DNA of 41,153 nucleotides from positions 1 to 41,153 of the IMG/VR virus record IMGVR_UViG_3300026541_000015; one strand, 5' to 3'. Within the stretch, counting starts at the first letter, position 1, and each line of letters begins with the position of its first letter. A model generated the notes under the pieces. It saw only the letters and a list, made by a program, of their open reading frames with translations. It was not told the origin of the DNA and ran no database searches. Of the stretch, positions 16,828-25,101 are shown piece by piece. A program made the position numbers and the translations under genes. Source of the stretch: a virus (taxonomy: Duplodnaviria > Caudoviricetes).

Positions 16828-17006
16828 AGTTCCTTCAAAGCATCACGAATAGCCACGCTTAATGTCATGCTGCACTCTTCCCTGACGATCTTCACAAATT
16901 CTTCCAGGAGGTTGGCTCTGTCTTGCAAGTCTTGTGTTGCAGACTCCAATGCACATACGGTCGTCTTGGTACAATTCCCGCCCAGTTCACATCCGCATTG
17001 GTTCAT
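16824..17006 (-). CDS. Hypothetical protein
   Basis: GGAGGA RBS; ATGA overlaps on both sides. Confidence 0.65.
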   Translation of the reverse strand: MNQCGCELGGNCTKTTVCALESATQDLQDRANLLEEFVKIVREECSMTLSVAIRDALKEL

Positions 17007-17266
17007 ATCCTCTCCAGCGTTTTAGGAACAAAAATCTCTTCATCCCATTCGGACTTTTCGTTGCCGTCGTAGATGGGGCGGAGATATTTTGGCTTTATCA
17101 CCCAACCATTTGGGTGGCCACTCGGACATTCGTCAATATCAACCGAAAAACATCCTGCCAAATCTGATGTCAGGCTAATTATGGTACAAAGGCCACCCAC
17201 ATAACGCTTGTGTTTTGTTGGGTTTACCGCGTACAAAACGGCTCTATCGCCAGCTTTCCAATTCAT
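17003..17266 (-). CDS. Hypothetical protein (SH3-like beta pattern)
   Basis: WKAGDRA...YLRPI; coupled overlaps. Confidence 0.7.
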   Translation of the reverse strand: MNWKAGDRAVLYAVNPTKHKRYVGGLCTIISLTSDLAGCFSVDIDECPSGHPNGWVIKPKYLRPIYDGNEKSEWDEEIFVPKTLERI

Positions 17267-17538
17267 TTTTCTTTGTCCCTCAGTCGTTTCAATGCTCTGT
17301 TACTTGAGCTGCGGTGAGACTTGCTGCAAAAAACTTCTGCGCGTCGATTCTTAAATTCATCGTAACAAGAGCCACCACACCAAGAGCAATTCCGTAGCGA
17401 ACGATCCTCTACCTCAACGTAATACACGCCCTTTTGTTCACGTTCGGTACATGGGCTGTCCTCGCGTTCCTTGAGAATTTCAAGGTATCGTTCAAGTTTT
17501 CCACCAGCATCGGACCAACATTTTTCGCAAACACTCAT
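17263..17538 (-). CDS. Hypothetical zinc-finger protein
   Basis: CEKC, CSWCGG...FCSKSHR. Confidence 0.65.
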   Translation of the reverse strand: MSVCEKCWSDAGGKLERYLEILKEREDSPCTEREQKGVYYVEVEDRSLRNCSWCGGSCYDEFKNRRAEVFCSKSHRSSSNRALKRLRDKEK

Positions 17539-17696
17539 GTCGTCACCTTGTACCGAAAGTCCGTTGCCCCTTTAGAGCATGGAAAACAAAGGATCAGGAT
17601 TTTCTCGAATCGTTTGTAAAAACGGATGGAATTGCCAAGCTGACCTCTCTTGCTGCAGTCATCACATCGGGAATCGGGCTGGTAGTATTTATTCAT
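17535..17696 (-). CDS. Small zinc-finger protein (53 aa, not in ORF track)
   Basis: MNKYYQPDSRCDDCSKRG...LCFPCSKG; fills the gap and overlaps the next ATG. Confidence 0.55.
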   Translation of the reverse strand: MNKYYQPDSRCDDCSKRGQLGNSIRFYKRFEKILILCFPCSKGATDFRYKVTT

Positions 17697-17699
17697 AAG

Positions 17700-18110
17700 T
17701 CACTTATGAAATTCGATCAGAGGACAAATCTTTTCGTGCTTGGCTCTCAGCCACAACCTCAATAAGCTTGGTTCTTTTTGTACGTGTAGCTTTATTTCGG
17801 GTTCCCGCCGTGTACCATTTTCTATTTCTCGTTCATGCCGTTCTATAACAACATTTCCAAGTAGGACACTCAGCAAGGAAATTTCTATCACTCCGACAGC
17901 TACCAACAATCCTAGTGGGGCGGTAGGTTCGGACCACCACCAAAGCGGGATAATCGCCAAAAATACGATCATTAATCCAAAAAAGAAAATGCCTAGGCCA
18001 ACAAGCAGGCACCACACCGTCATCCAGAAGTACTGACACAGGTTGCGAGGATGATAAAAATTAAACTGATCCATCAATCGGTAATGCCATGCGTCTCTGC
18101 TGATCTTCAT
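17700..18110 (-). CDS. Membrane protein
   Basis: SRDAWHYRL, NLCQYFW, two TM segments, KAKH.KICP.IEF-like C-terminus; AAGGA RBS. Confidence 0.75.
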   Translation of the reverse strand: MKISRDAWHYRLMDQFNFYHPRNLCQYFWMTVWCLLVGLGIFFFGLMIVFLAIIPLWWWSEPTAPLGLLVAVGVIEISLLSVLLGNVVIERHEREIENGTRREPEIKLHVQKEPSLLRLWLRAKHEKICPLIEFHK

Positions 18111-18133
18111 TTTGTTTCCTTATGTTTATACGT

Positions 18134-18313
18134 TTAATAATCCCGCAAGTTAAGCGGAAGCTCTCCACGTGTCATATCAACCAGCCTAAGCGCATGTTTA
18201 ATGGGTACAATACCGTCTACTTTCCATCGGCTTACTTGAGACTCATGTAGATCAAGGGCTGTAGCAAGATCGCGCTGTGATCCGTAATGATCTATTGCTG
18301 GCTGTAATTTCAT
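18134..18313 (-). CDS. cro: Cro-like (YdaS-type) HTH regulator, 59 aa (not in ORF track)
   Basis: MKLQPAIDHYGSQRDLATALDLHESQVSRWKVDGIVPIKHALRLVDMTRGELPLNLRDY; GGAG RBS; first gene of the leftward operon. Confidence 0.85.
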   Translation of the reverse strand: MKLQPAIDHYGSQRDLATALDLHESQVSRWKVDGIVPIKHALRLVDMTRGELPLNLRDY

Positions 18314-18337
18314 AATGACTCCGTGATTTCAAAATAA

Positions 18338-18366
18338 ATACTAACACGACCTTGCAATTCGTGCAA
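18338..18366 (-). promoter_or_regulatory. Leftward early promoter
   Basis: Minus strand TTGCAC-17 nt-TAGTAT with an extended -10 TG. Confidence 0.7.
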
Positions 18367-18367
18367 G
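18351..18367. promoter_or_regulatory. Palindromic operator CTTGCA-N5-TGCAAG
   Basis: Perfect 6-bp inverted repeat containing both divergent -35 boxes. Confidence 0.6.
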
Positions 18368-18379
18368 CTTCTGTATTAT
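18352..18379 (+). promoter_or_regulatory. Rightward early promoter
   Basis: TTGCAA-16 nt-TATTAT. Confidence 0.7.
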
Positions 18380-18415
18380 GGATTCCAAGATAAGCGAATC
18401 AATACGGGGAATAAA

Positions 18416-19006
18416 TTGAAACTCTCAGACCGACTCAACAATATGAACGCATGTTCCGACGCAGTTCGATGGATTGCTAAACGTGGGCCTAAAAAAGCTT
18501 GGGAAGAATGTGAACGAGCCGACTGGATGTTGTGGTTTGCCGGAAAAATTGATATTGACCGGAAACTACTTGTATTGGCGGCGTGTGATTGCGCTGAGAC
18601 CGCCCTTCAATACGTTCCAGAAGGTGAAGACCGTCCTGCCAAATGCATTCAAGCATCACGCAATTGGTGTAATGGAACCGCTTCTATGAATGATGTAAGA
18701 GCCGCTAGAAGCGATGCTAATGCTGCTGCTGATGCTGCTGCTGCTGCTGATGCTGCTAATGCTGCTTATGCTGCTGCTTATGCTGCTGCTAATGCTGCTG
18801 CTGATGCTGCTTATGCTTATGCTGCTGCTAATGCTGCTTATGCTGCTGCTGATGCTGCTGCTTATGCTGATGCTAATACTGCTGCTGATGCTGCTTATGC
18901 TAATGCTTATGCTAATGCTGCTGTCAAAACAAAAACTCTGAAAACTTGCGCTGATCTTGTGCGTAAAAGAATCCCATTTGAAGTTATTAAAAAAGCAATG
19001 AAATGA
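18416..19006 (+). CDS. Imm5-like domain protein with Ala/Asp/Asn/Tyr repeat
   Basis: LAACDCAETAL..VPEGEDRPAKCI.A.R.W..G motif; GGGGA RBS before a TTG start. Confidence 0.7.
   Translation: MKLSDRLNNMNACSDAVRWIAKRGPKKAWEECERADWMLWFAGKIDIDRKLLVLAACDCAETALQYVPEGEDRPAKCIQASRNWCNGTASMNDVRAARSDANAAADAAAAADAANAAYAAAYAAANAAADAAYAYAAANAAYAAADAAAYADANTAADAAYANAYANAAVKTKTLKTCADLVRKRIPFEVIKKAMK
18713..18922 (+). repeat. 70-codon trinucleotide-type repeat (GCT/GAT/AAT/TAT)
   Basis: 47 GCT, 7 GAT, 7 AAT, 8 TAT and 1 ACT codons. Confidence 0.95.
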
Positions 19007-19030
19007 CAAACTACCTATACGGAGCGGAAC

Positions 19031-19240
19031 ATGAATCACGACTATTTTAGAGACTACTTGGACTCGTTCGGTACAGATGACATGCCAGATTCAATTACGG
19101 ACGGCAGACAGTCAGACGATGAAGACCCACCCGAACAGGAGGATCATTCTGATCTACAGCGCCAAGAGGATTTGGATGCTGTATTGAGGGATATTGCTTC
19201 GATACGGCGGGTGGATTTTTTTGCGCACCAAGCAGAATAA
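19031..19240 (+). CDS. Acidic hypothetical protein
   Basis: GGAG RBS; D/E-rich. Confidence 0.65.
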   Translation: MNHDYFRDYLDSFGTDDMPDSITDGRQSDDEDPPEQEDHSDLQRQEDLDAVLRDIASIRRVDFFAHQAE

Positions 19241-19256
19241 TTGGAGATAGACACAA

Positions 19257-19460
19257 GTGAGCATTCTCAAAGAAGTTTACGGGTTCTGCGATAGCGGTCG
19301 TGAAGACTGTCCGCACGATAATGCAGCAGCAACCGTTGCCTATTCCAATGTGGCTGATGTTCGTCACCACATGCGTTTCTCCGATTGGAAAATAATTAAG
19401 GGTGAGGACTGGTGTGGATATTGCGTACAGAGCCGTATCGATGACGAACAAAAGCAATGA
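19257..19460 (+). CDS. Small zinc-binding hypothetical protein
   Basis: FCD....C...W......DWCGYC. Confidence 0.65.
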   Translation: MSILKEVYGFCDSGREDCPHDNAAATVAYSNVADVRHHMRFSDWKIIKGEDWCGYCVQSRIDDEQKQ

Positions 19461-19597
19461 CCAGAGAACAGAAACTCAGAAGTCTGAAAGGACGTTCTCC
19501 GGCTCAGATAAAACAACTCATGCGTTCGTGGGACAATTCAGTCTCTCGTGTTCAGAAGATGCAAGCGCGAGAGCAAGCTAACTTGGAGCAAACATGA
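19457..19597 (+). CDS. Small basic hypothetical protein (46 aa, not in ORF track)
   Basis: ATGA overlaps at both ends; MTREQKLRSLKGRSPAQIKQLMRSWDNSV... Confidence 0.5.
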   Translation: MTREQKLRSLKGRSPAQIKQLMRSWDNSVSRVQKMQAREQANLEQT

Positions 19598-20304
19598 CTG
19601 AGAAAAAAGAAGTTGAGATTGTAGTCACCGATCCATTTGTGCAAATGGTTGAACGTATTTCAGCCAATCCAGATATTGATGCCGATAAGACGCAGAAGTT
19701 TCTGGATATGCAAATGCAGATTATGGATCGCCAAGCTGAGATGGAGTTCAACGCTTCATTCAATCAGGTGCAAAAGAAACTCCCCACAGTGGTCGAGAAC
19801 TGCGACAACAACCAGACAAAGAGCAAATACGCAAACATCAAGGCGCTCTCCGTGGCGATCAAGCCCATATATACCGCTGAGGGCTTCTCTACGTCCTTTA
19901 GCGAGGGCAAAGCAGAGGTAGAGGGGCATATCCGCATAAACGGGGTTTTACGGCATACAGGCGGCCACAAGGAACCGTACAGCGTGGAATTACCGAGGGA
20001 CGATGCCGGAATAAAGGGCACCGTCAACAAAACGCCGACCCATGCCGCTAGTTCTACTCTGACCTATGGCCGACGAATCCTTACACTGATGATTTTCGAC
20101 GTTGCGACCGGTGACGATACCGATGGGAATACCATTGAAACCACAATCAGCGATGAGCATATTGCTAACCTGGAAGCCCTGTTATCCGAAACGGATACCA
20201 AGAAAAGCGATTTCTGTCGCTACTGCAAGGTTAAAACCCTTGATGATATTCTCTCCCGAAACTACCGCCAAGCTGTAGCGGCATTGGAGGCCAAACGTGT
20301 TTGA
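19594..20304 (+). CDS. erf: ERF-family single-strand annealing protein
   Basis: KSKYA.I, LRHTGGHKE, HA.SSTLTYGRR..L..IFDVATGDDTDG motifs. Confidence 0.9.
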   Translation: MTEKKEVEIVVTDPFVQMVERISANPDIDADKTQKFLDMQMQIMDRQAEMEFNASFNQVQKKLPTVVENCDNNQTKSKYANIKALSVAIKPIYTAEGFSTSFSEGKAEVEGHIRINGVLRHTGGHKEPYSVELPRDDAGIKGTVNKTPTHAASSTLTYGRRILTLMIFDVATGDDTDGNTIETTISDEHIANLEALLSETDTKKSDFCRYCKVKTLDDILSRNYRQAVAALEAKRV

Positions 20305-20905
20305 GATAATCAACTGCGAGCAAAATACCGATGAATGGATACAGGCGCGTCTTGGAATTCCTACCGCTAGCAAATTCAAAGAGGTTCAGGCGAAGAAAGG
20401 CCCACGAGGGGGCATACCAAAGGGGCGTCAAACCTACCTGCGGAAACTGGCTGGCGAGGTAATCACCGGCTATCCGATGGACTCCTACACCAACTCTTAC
20501 ATGGATAAGGGCCATGAGCGCGAAGAAGAAGCGCGTGAATTGTATGCCTTCCTGCGCGGTGTTGAGCCTGTCAAAGTTGGCTTTATCAAAACAGAAACCT
20601 GCGGTTGCAGCCCGGATGCTTTGGTTCGTGATGATGGCATGTGGGAGTGCAAGAACGCAGAGGCACATATTCAGATTGAACGGCTTGAAAATGGCGTGGT
20701 GCCACCGGAACACGTTGCACAGTGCCAAGGTCAGCTAATGGTCGCTGAGAGAGCGTGGGTGGACTTTATGAGCTATTCGAGAGGGCTTCCACCGCTTATA
20801 GTGCGAATGGAGCGTGACGAGGCTTACATTAAGGTTCTGCGCGAGTCTGTTGATTACTTCAACGAAGAACTGTCCGCCCTTGTAAAGAAAATAAGGGCCA
20901 TGTGA
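20297..20905 (+). CDS. YqaJ/lambda-exonuclease family protein
   Basis: QNTDEW..ARLGIPTASKF, GCSPDALV, ECK, QCQGQL, WVDFMSY. Confidence 0.92.
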   Translation: MFEIINCEQNTDEWIQARLGIPTASKFKEVQAKKGPRGGIPKGRQTYLRKLAGEVITGYPMDSYTNSYMDKGHEREEEARELYAFLRGVEPVKVGFIKTETCGCSPDALVRDDGMWECKNAEAHIQIERLENGVVPPEHVAQCQGQLMVAERAWVDFMSYSRGLPPLIVRMERDEAYIKVLRESVDYFNEELSALVKKIRAM

Positions 20906-21125
20906 TGGATCTTATTCTACGCGGCAGCATTCACTGGGATCAGCAGGAATATCGCCGCAGGTCTATTGGCTGTCAATGCCTGTCATTTGGAATAATCCCT
21001 ACTGGGCGGGCACACGGAGAGCCGCGAGAGAAAACCATGGCAGGCGATAGAAGTCGTGGGGTGAATCCTGCTGAATCTGTGAGGGTTCATCTTGAAAGAA
21101 CCGTTAGTTATTTTGAGAGGCAGTC

Positions 21126-21287
21126 ATGATTACTCTTCGAAGGATTGAATTTTCATCCCAATACGAACAAGACAAGCTACTCGAAAAACAATGGGCAGCC
21201 AGAGTCTACTTTATGGATTGTCCATTCCGCAAGGCTCAAAACTACAAATGGCGTTCCTTTTTCAAGAATAAGGCGAAGAAGCTGTGA
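21126..21287 (+). CDS. Small hypothetical protein (53 aa, not in ORF track)
   Basis: GAGAGG RBS; MITLRRIEFSSQYEQDKLLEKQWAARVYF...; GTGA overlap with the next gene. Confidence 0.6.
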   Translation: MITLRRIEFSSQYEQDKLLEKQWAARVYFMDCPFRKAQNYKWRSFFKNKAKKL

Positions 21288-21691
21288 ACGACCGAATCAA
21301 ACTAGCCGAGGCTATGGGGTGGAGACGTATGACAGCCCCCCCAACTAAAGAACGATCCGGGCAGTATATTGAAAACGATCCGGTATGGATTCCACCAGAA
21401 ACGGATCAAGAACCATTGCCGAATTATCTGGATTTGGAGGAATTACCAGACCCAGAGAACGACGCTAACGACTGCAGTGCGCTTATCAAGTATTTGAACG
21501 GGTTTGGGTATGAAGTTCATGTGATGTGGCCCGATACAGCAAGGGACGATTTGACGTATACCGTTGAATTGTACAACCATCCAAAAAAGACAGAGAAATG
21601 GTCTGGCGACAACTGGATGCAGGGTGTCGCAGAATTAGCCCTCAAGGTTATAGATTCAGCAGAAATAAAATACTGGGGAGTAAATTTATGA
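21284..21691 (+). CDS. Hypothetical protein, phage ABA-sandwich-like
   Basis: LAEAMGW...LPDPENDANDC..L pattern. Confidence 0.6.
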   Translation: MNDRIKLAEAMGWRRMTAPPTKERSGQYIENDPVWIPPETDQEPLPNYLDLEELPDPENDANDCSALIKYLNGFGYEVHVMWPDTARDDLTYTVELYNHPKKTEKWSGDNWMQGVAELALKVIDSAEIKYWGVNL

Positions 21692-21873
21692 AGCGGTTCG
21701 TAATGATTTTGTTTGTTGTGGTTTTGTTTATGGTTTTTGGATTTTGGTCCGCCGCCCAGAATTACAAGCCAGAAGTAGAAGCACTTGAAAAATCCAGGGT
21801 TGGACCGATACGTGATTGTAAAAAATTCAAAGGACAGCCGGAGAAGTTTGCCCGCTGCTTTGGCTATAAATAG
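21688..21873 (+). CDS. Small membrane/exported protein (start revised to 21688)
   Basis: GGGGAG RBS; MKRFVMILFVVVLFMVFGFWSAA. Confidence 0.65.
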   Translation: MKRFVMILFVVVLFMVFGFWSAAQNYKPEVEALEKSRVGPIRDCKKFKGQPEKFARCFGYK

Positions 21874-21881
21874 GAGGACAA

Positions 21882-22223
21882 ATGAATAACAGAGCAGTAA
21901 ATAAAGAAGATTTTACGCAGAACGTGGCGCTCTATATGAGTTCATGCGGTTCAATAACTGCACGGCAGCCCAGTGAGTACTGGGATAACCATGCTAATTA
22001 CGTCAGAGTTTCAGAATCCATCGATGTAACTTTCACACCCCTGTCTGACGAAGTTGTGCTCAAAAGTCGTGTTGATTCGATTGACGCCCAGATAACCCAG
22101 ACCAGGGCAAAAATGACTCTACGGATTGCAGACCTTACCGACCAGAAGAACAGGCTGCTTGCTATTGAAGATAAGTCGGACTGCAATGACGGAGAGCGCA
22201 TTGATGGCCGAGAGCATGAATAG
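21882..22223 (+). CDS. Hypothetical protein
   Basis: AGGAGG RBS; C-terminal coiled coil. Confidence 0.7.
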   Translation: MNNRAVNKEDFTQNVALYMSSCGSITARQPSEYWDNHANYVRVSESIDVTFTPLSDEVVLKSRVDSIDAQITQTRAKMTLRIADLTDQKNRLLAIEDKSDCNDGERIDGREHE

Positions 22224-22350
22224 ATTACGCGCTAAAGAGTTGCTTCCGATCATTGAAGCGTTTGCCAGGGGTGAGGATGTGCAGTTTAAACGGTCCCTAG
22301 AATGGCTAAAAAATGATCCTTCTTTCCACGATATGACAGTCAATGACTGA
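22216..22350 (+). CDS. Small hypothetical protein (start revised to 22216)
   Basis: MNRLRAKELLPIIEAFARGEDVQFK, a motif common in phages. Confidence 0.55.
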   Translation: MNRLRAKELLPIIEAFARGEDVQFKRSLEWLKNDPSFHDMTVND

Positions 22351-22370
22351 AATCAATCTGAGGATCAAAC

Positions 22371-22634
22371 ATGAAAACGTGTAACGAAGAACTTCCCGAA
22401 TCTGACAATTCAATGAGCAATGCTGACGGCGTTATTGATGATGGAATGGAATCCGATCTAAAGAACGGGATGCGTAGCTTTCATGCCGGGTGGAATTTTT
22501 TTGGGCTTGTGTGGTTTGAAGACGGCAAATTCTATGAAATGGTTAAATCATACAGGTCGCATGTTGCGACACATTGCGCCGACACACTTGAAGAATTGAT
22601 GCAGTCGGTGAATGCAGAGTTTGGTTCGCAATGA
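22371..22634 (+). CDS. Hypothetical protein
   Basis: GAGGA RBS; HAGWNFFGLVWF. Confidence 0.7.
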   Translation: MKTCNEELPESDNSMSNADGVIDDGMESDLKNGMRSFHAGWNFFGLVWFEDGKFYEMVKSYRSHVATHCADTLEELMQSVNAEFGSQ

Positions 22635-22683
22635 CCGAAATCAATTCATGATCTCTGCACGTTTGGGCACAACGGAGACGTTT

Positions 22684-23466
22684 GTGAGTGAGATTGTGAA
22701 AATAGGCGATGCCACACTTTATTTAGGTGATTGTCTTGAGATATTGCCAACCTTGGACAAGGTTGATATTGCGTTCACGTCCCCGCCTTACTCCAAACAA
22801 CGGATTTATGAGGGTTCGGATGGGTTCGATTGGGCCGATGCTCCGCAGTTGTTAGACGGAATGTACGCAACTGGCAGTTCACAGATATTCATTAACTGCG
22901 GACTTGTGCATAAAGATGGCGCGGTTTCGTTTTATTGGAATGACTTGTTTCAACATGAGCCGCCGTTTGGCTGGTATGTGTGGGATCAAGGATTCTCTCT
23001 GCCCGGAGACTGGAACGGGAGGCTAGGACCGCGCCATGAGTTTGTTTTTCATTTTACAAGAAAACTACGCCAGCCCAATAAGACCAAGCCATGCAAGTCT
23101 GTTGGCAGGAAGTTGTCAAATACTGGGCTGACCCGAAAAGATGGAACATCGCAGAAAATGTCACATGCTGGACAACAAGTAAACACACATAAAATTTTAG
23201 ATTCTGTGATTGATGTCACAAGGGAAATGAGAAGAGACTATGACCACCCCGCTAGGTTTCCTGTCGGTCTGCCAGCTGAATTCATTCATGCTTATTCTGA
23301 TATTGGACAAACTGTACTTGATCCATTTGCAGGATCAGGAACCACCGGTGTTGCTTGCGCCAACCTAGGGCGAAAATTCATTGGAATCGAGATAGAACGA
23401 AAGTATTTCGATGTAGCCTGTGAGCGCATAGATGCCGCCTATGCGCAAGGCAGGTTATTCGTATGA
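22684..23466 (+). CDS. Orphan DNA methyltransferase, N6/N4 (beta-class; SPPY suggests m4C)
   Basis: GDCLEIL, FTSPPY, HPARFP, VLDPFAGSGTT motifs; GGAG RBS before GTG 22684. Confidence 0.92.
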   Translation: MSEIVKIGDATLYLGDCLEILPTLDKVDIAFTSPPYSKQRIYEGSDGFDWADAPQLLDGMYATGSSQIFINCGLVHKDGAVSFYWNDLFQHEPPFGWYVWDQGFSLPGDWNGRLGPRHEFVFHFTRKLRQPNKTKPCKSVGRKLSNTGLTRKDGTSQKMSHAGQQVNTHKILDSVIDVTREMRRDYDHPARFPVGLPAEFIHAYSDIGQTVLDPFAGSGTTGVACANLGRKFIGIEIERKYFDVACERIDAAYAQGRLFV

Positions 23467-23518
23467 ATTTTGGATCTGTATTTCTTGCCGTGAGGCTTTT
23501 CAGAATAGGGGATAGGTA

Positions 23519-23866
23519 GTGAAACACGATAAAAATTGCGCATGGGAAAAGGCTGATTGTGAGTACAAATCTACTCACCACTACTGTCCACATCCTGAAC
23601 ACGCCTGCACCTGCAATCCTAAGAAGTCGCTCACTGAGCGGCTTGAGGAAAACGGATTCAAGCCTGTGCGCTCAATATCTGTATCTGACCTGACCTTCGA
23701 GCGGTTGTCCAGAAAGCCAACAGTTTATACCGTTGAATTTCGACACGACCAAGATGGCATGTCGTTCACGGTTAGCGATGTTCAAGATTCACCACATGAT
23801 CGAACTTTGGTTGCGGCAGATTTTCAGGCCGCTTCTGACAGCTTGCGCGGTGCGGATAAAAAGTGA
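23519..23866 (+). CDS. Hypothetical protein with Cys/His-rich N-terminus
   Basis: HHYCPHPEHACTC. Confidence 0.6.
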   Translation: MKHDKNCAWEKADCEYKSTHHYCPHPEHACTCNPKKSLTERLEENGFKPVRSISVSDLTFERLSRKPTVYTVEFRHDQDGMSFTVSDVQDSPHDRTLVAADFQAASDSLRGADKK

Positions 23867-23888
23867 TGACAAACCCACTAAACCAATC

Positions 23889-24257
23889 ATGAAATCAGTA
23901 GTAAATACGGCCAATAGCGCCCTCAACTTCGTCAACAGGTGCCGTTCAATGTTTGCCGAGGGAATGCCTCAGACCATAGAGATAAAGCCGTTTAAGCAGC
24001 CTAGGACACGGGGGCAAAATGCTATAATGCACGTTCTATTTTCAGAGATAGCGGAGCAGTCTGGATACCCACCGGAAGACGTTAAGACGTTACTCAAAGA
24101 AAAATATTCGCCACGGATTCCGATTGAGATTGGGCAGGAGGTTGCGGTTGTTCCGATGGGAACCAGCCAGATGAATTTGGATCAAGGGTCGGAGTTTATT
24201 GAGAGGATTTATCAGTTTGGCGCTGAAAACGGATGTCGGTTTAAGGATCGGGAATGA
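23889..24257 (+). CDS. ninB: NinB (Orf) recombination mediator
   Basis: PRTRGQNAIMH....EIAEQ, TSQMN..Q.SEFIE.IYQFGAENG; start revised to 23889. Confidence 0.8.
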   Translation: MKSVVNTANSALNFVNRCRSMFAEGMPQTIEIKPFKQPRTRGQNAIMHVLFSEIAEQSGYPPEDVKTLLKEKYSPRIPIEIGQEVAVVPMGTSQMNLDQGSEFIERIYQFGAENGCRFKDRE

Positions 24258-24688
24258 AAATAAAAAGAACCAAACTTGATATTGTATTTTCTAATCTAGT
24301 GCGAGAGCGTGCAAATTATACTTGTCAGAATTGTTGTGAGAACAAACGCTACGATCCGCAATATATGGATTGTGCACACATATTTAGCAGAAGGAATACA
24401 TCATTACGTTGGCATCCAATGGGTGCTGTTTGTTTGTGTCGATCTTGCCATATGTTTTTCGGAGAGCATTGGTATGACTGGCGGGAGTTCTGTATTAATC
24501 ACTTTGGCGAGGAATTGCTTGCTGAACTTCGGTTGGTCTCGAATCAAACCGTGAAGTGGTCAAAAGCTGTCAGAGAGGATATCTACCAACATTACAAGAA
24601 CGAATATTCCCTGATGGAAGGCGATAGAAATGGCAGCGAACTGATGATTGATTTCAATCAGTATGAGTTGATGCACGATTTTGAATAA
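24254..24688 (+). CDS. ninG: NinG/Rap-like HNH junction endonuclease
   Basis: D.VFS.LVR.R, CQNC, DCAHIFSR..TSLRWHP.....LCRSCH. Confidence 0.8.
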   Translation: MKIKRTKLDIVFSNLVRERANYTCQNCCENKRYDPQYMDCAHIFSRRNTSLRWHPMGAVCLCRSCHMFFGEHWYDWREFCINHFGEELLAELRLVSNQTVKWSKAVREDIYQHYKNEYSLMEGDRNGSELMIDFNQYELMHDFE

Positions 24689-24700
24689 CAGGAGAACAAA

Positions 24701-24889
24701 ATGGAAGATTGGCAAGAACGAGTAGTAGCAGAGCAGAGAGAGTTGCAGGAAAAGATAACGAAGCTGGAGGTATTTTTACCTGCTGAAAACCTAAGCGATG
24801 AGGATAATGGCTTGCTTTTTCAGCAGCTTCAAGCAATGAAACGCTACAGCAAGATACTATTGCAACGTATCAATAATTTCGCAGATTGA
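24701..24889 (+). CDS. crAss001_48-like small helical protein
   Basis: WQERVV.E..EL.EKI.KL..F.....LL.QQL.AM..YS.IL..RI. Confidence 0.75.
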   Translation: MEDWQERVVAEQRELQEKITKLEVFLPAENLSDEDNGLLFQQLQAMKRYSKILLQRINNFAD

Positions 24890-24897
24890 ATAGTTTT

Positions 24898-24960
24898 GGC
24901 GGGCAGGCATAGGTTTTGGAGCCTTTTCTCCTTATGTTCCCTGTGTCTGCCTGCCTTTTT
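24898..24960 (+). terminator. Terminator of the rightward early operon (long stem with inner hairpin)
   Basis: 16-bp stem GGCGGGCAGGCATAGG/CCTGTGTCTGCCTGCC with G-U pairs, followed by TTTTT. Confidence 0.75.
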
Positions 24961-24968
24961 GATATAAT
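24960..24968 (+). promoter_or_regulatory. Extended -10 promoter TGaTATAAT
   Basis: Perfect TGnTATAAT immediately after the terminator. Confidence 0.5.
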
Positions 24969-24986
24969 TGAAGGGTAGAGAGGTTT

Positions 24987-25083
24987 TGTTACGTATAGCG
25001 TAACAGATAAGGTTCTTGTTACGTTATGCGATACAGAATCCTCTTTCGTTACACTTAGCGTAACAGTCTCTTTATGCGAGACA
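24987..25083. repeat. Array of four 19-bp palindromic sites, TGTTACG-N5-CGTAACA consensus
   Basis: Sites start at 24987, 25017 and 25047 (exact 30-bp period), plus a variant at 25065. Confidence 0.8.
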
Positions 25084-25101
25084 GGCGTTATCTATTTGCT
25101 A

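Noticed and set aside
18713-18922. Diversity-generating retroelement variable region
   Set aside because: AAT/GAT/TAT variation superficially resembles adenine mutagenesis, but the second A is almost never changed and there is no reverse transcriptase or template repeat in the genome.
18656-19039. Poly-Ser/Ile (minus) and poly-Leu/Met (18714..18941) ORFs
   Set aside because: They are automatic alternative-frame readings of the GCT/NAT repeat, with no RBS or independent domain.
20902-21129. 75-aa ORF after the exonuclease
   Set aside because: No recognisable features, and the region is better explained as structured RNA.
24987-25083. Mini-CRISPR array or type III antitoxin repeat
   Set aside because: Spacers are only 11 nt, the units are degenerate dyads typical of DNA-binding sites, and no cas or toxN-like gene is present.
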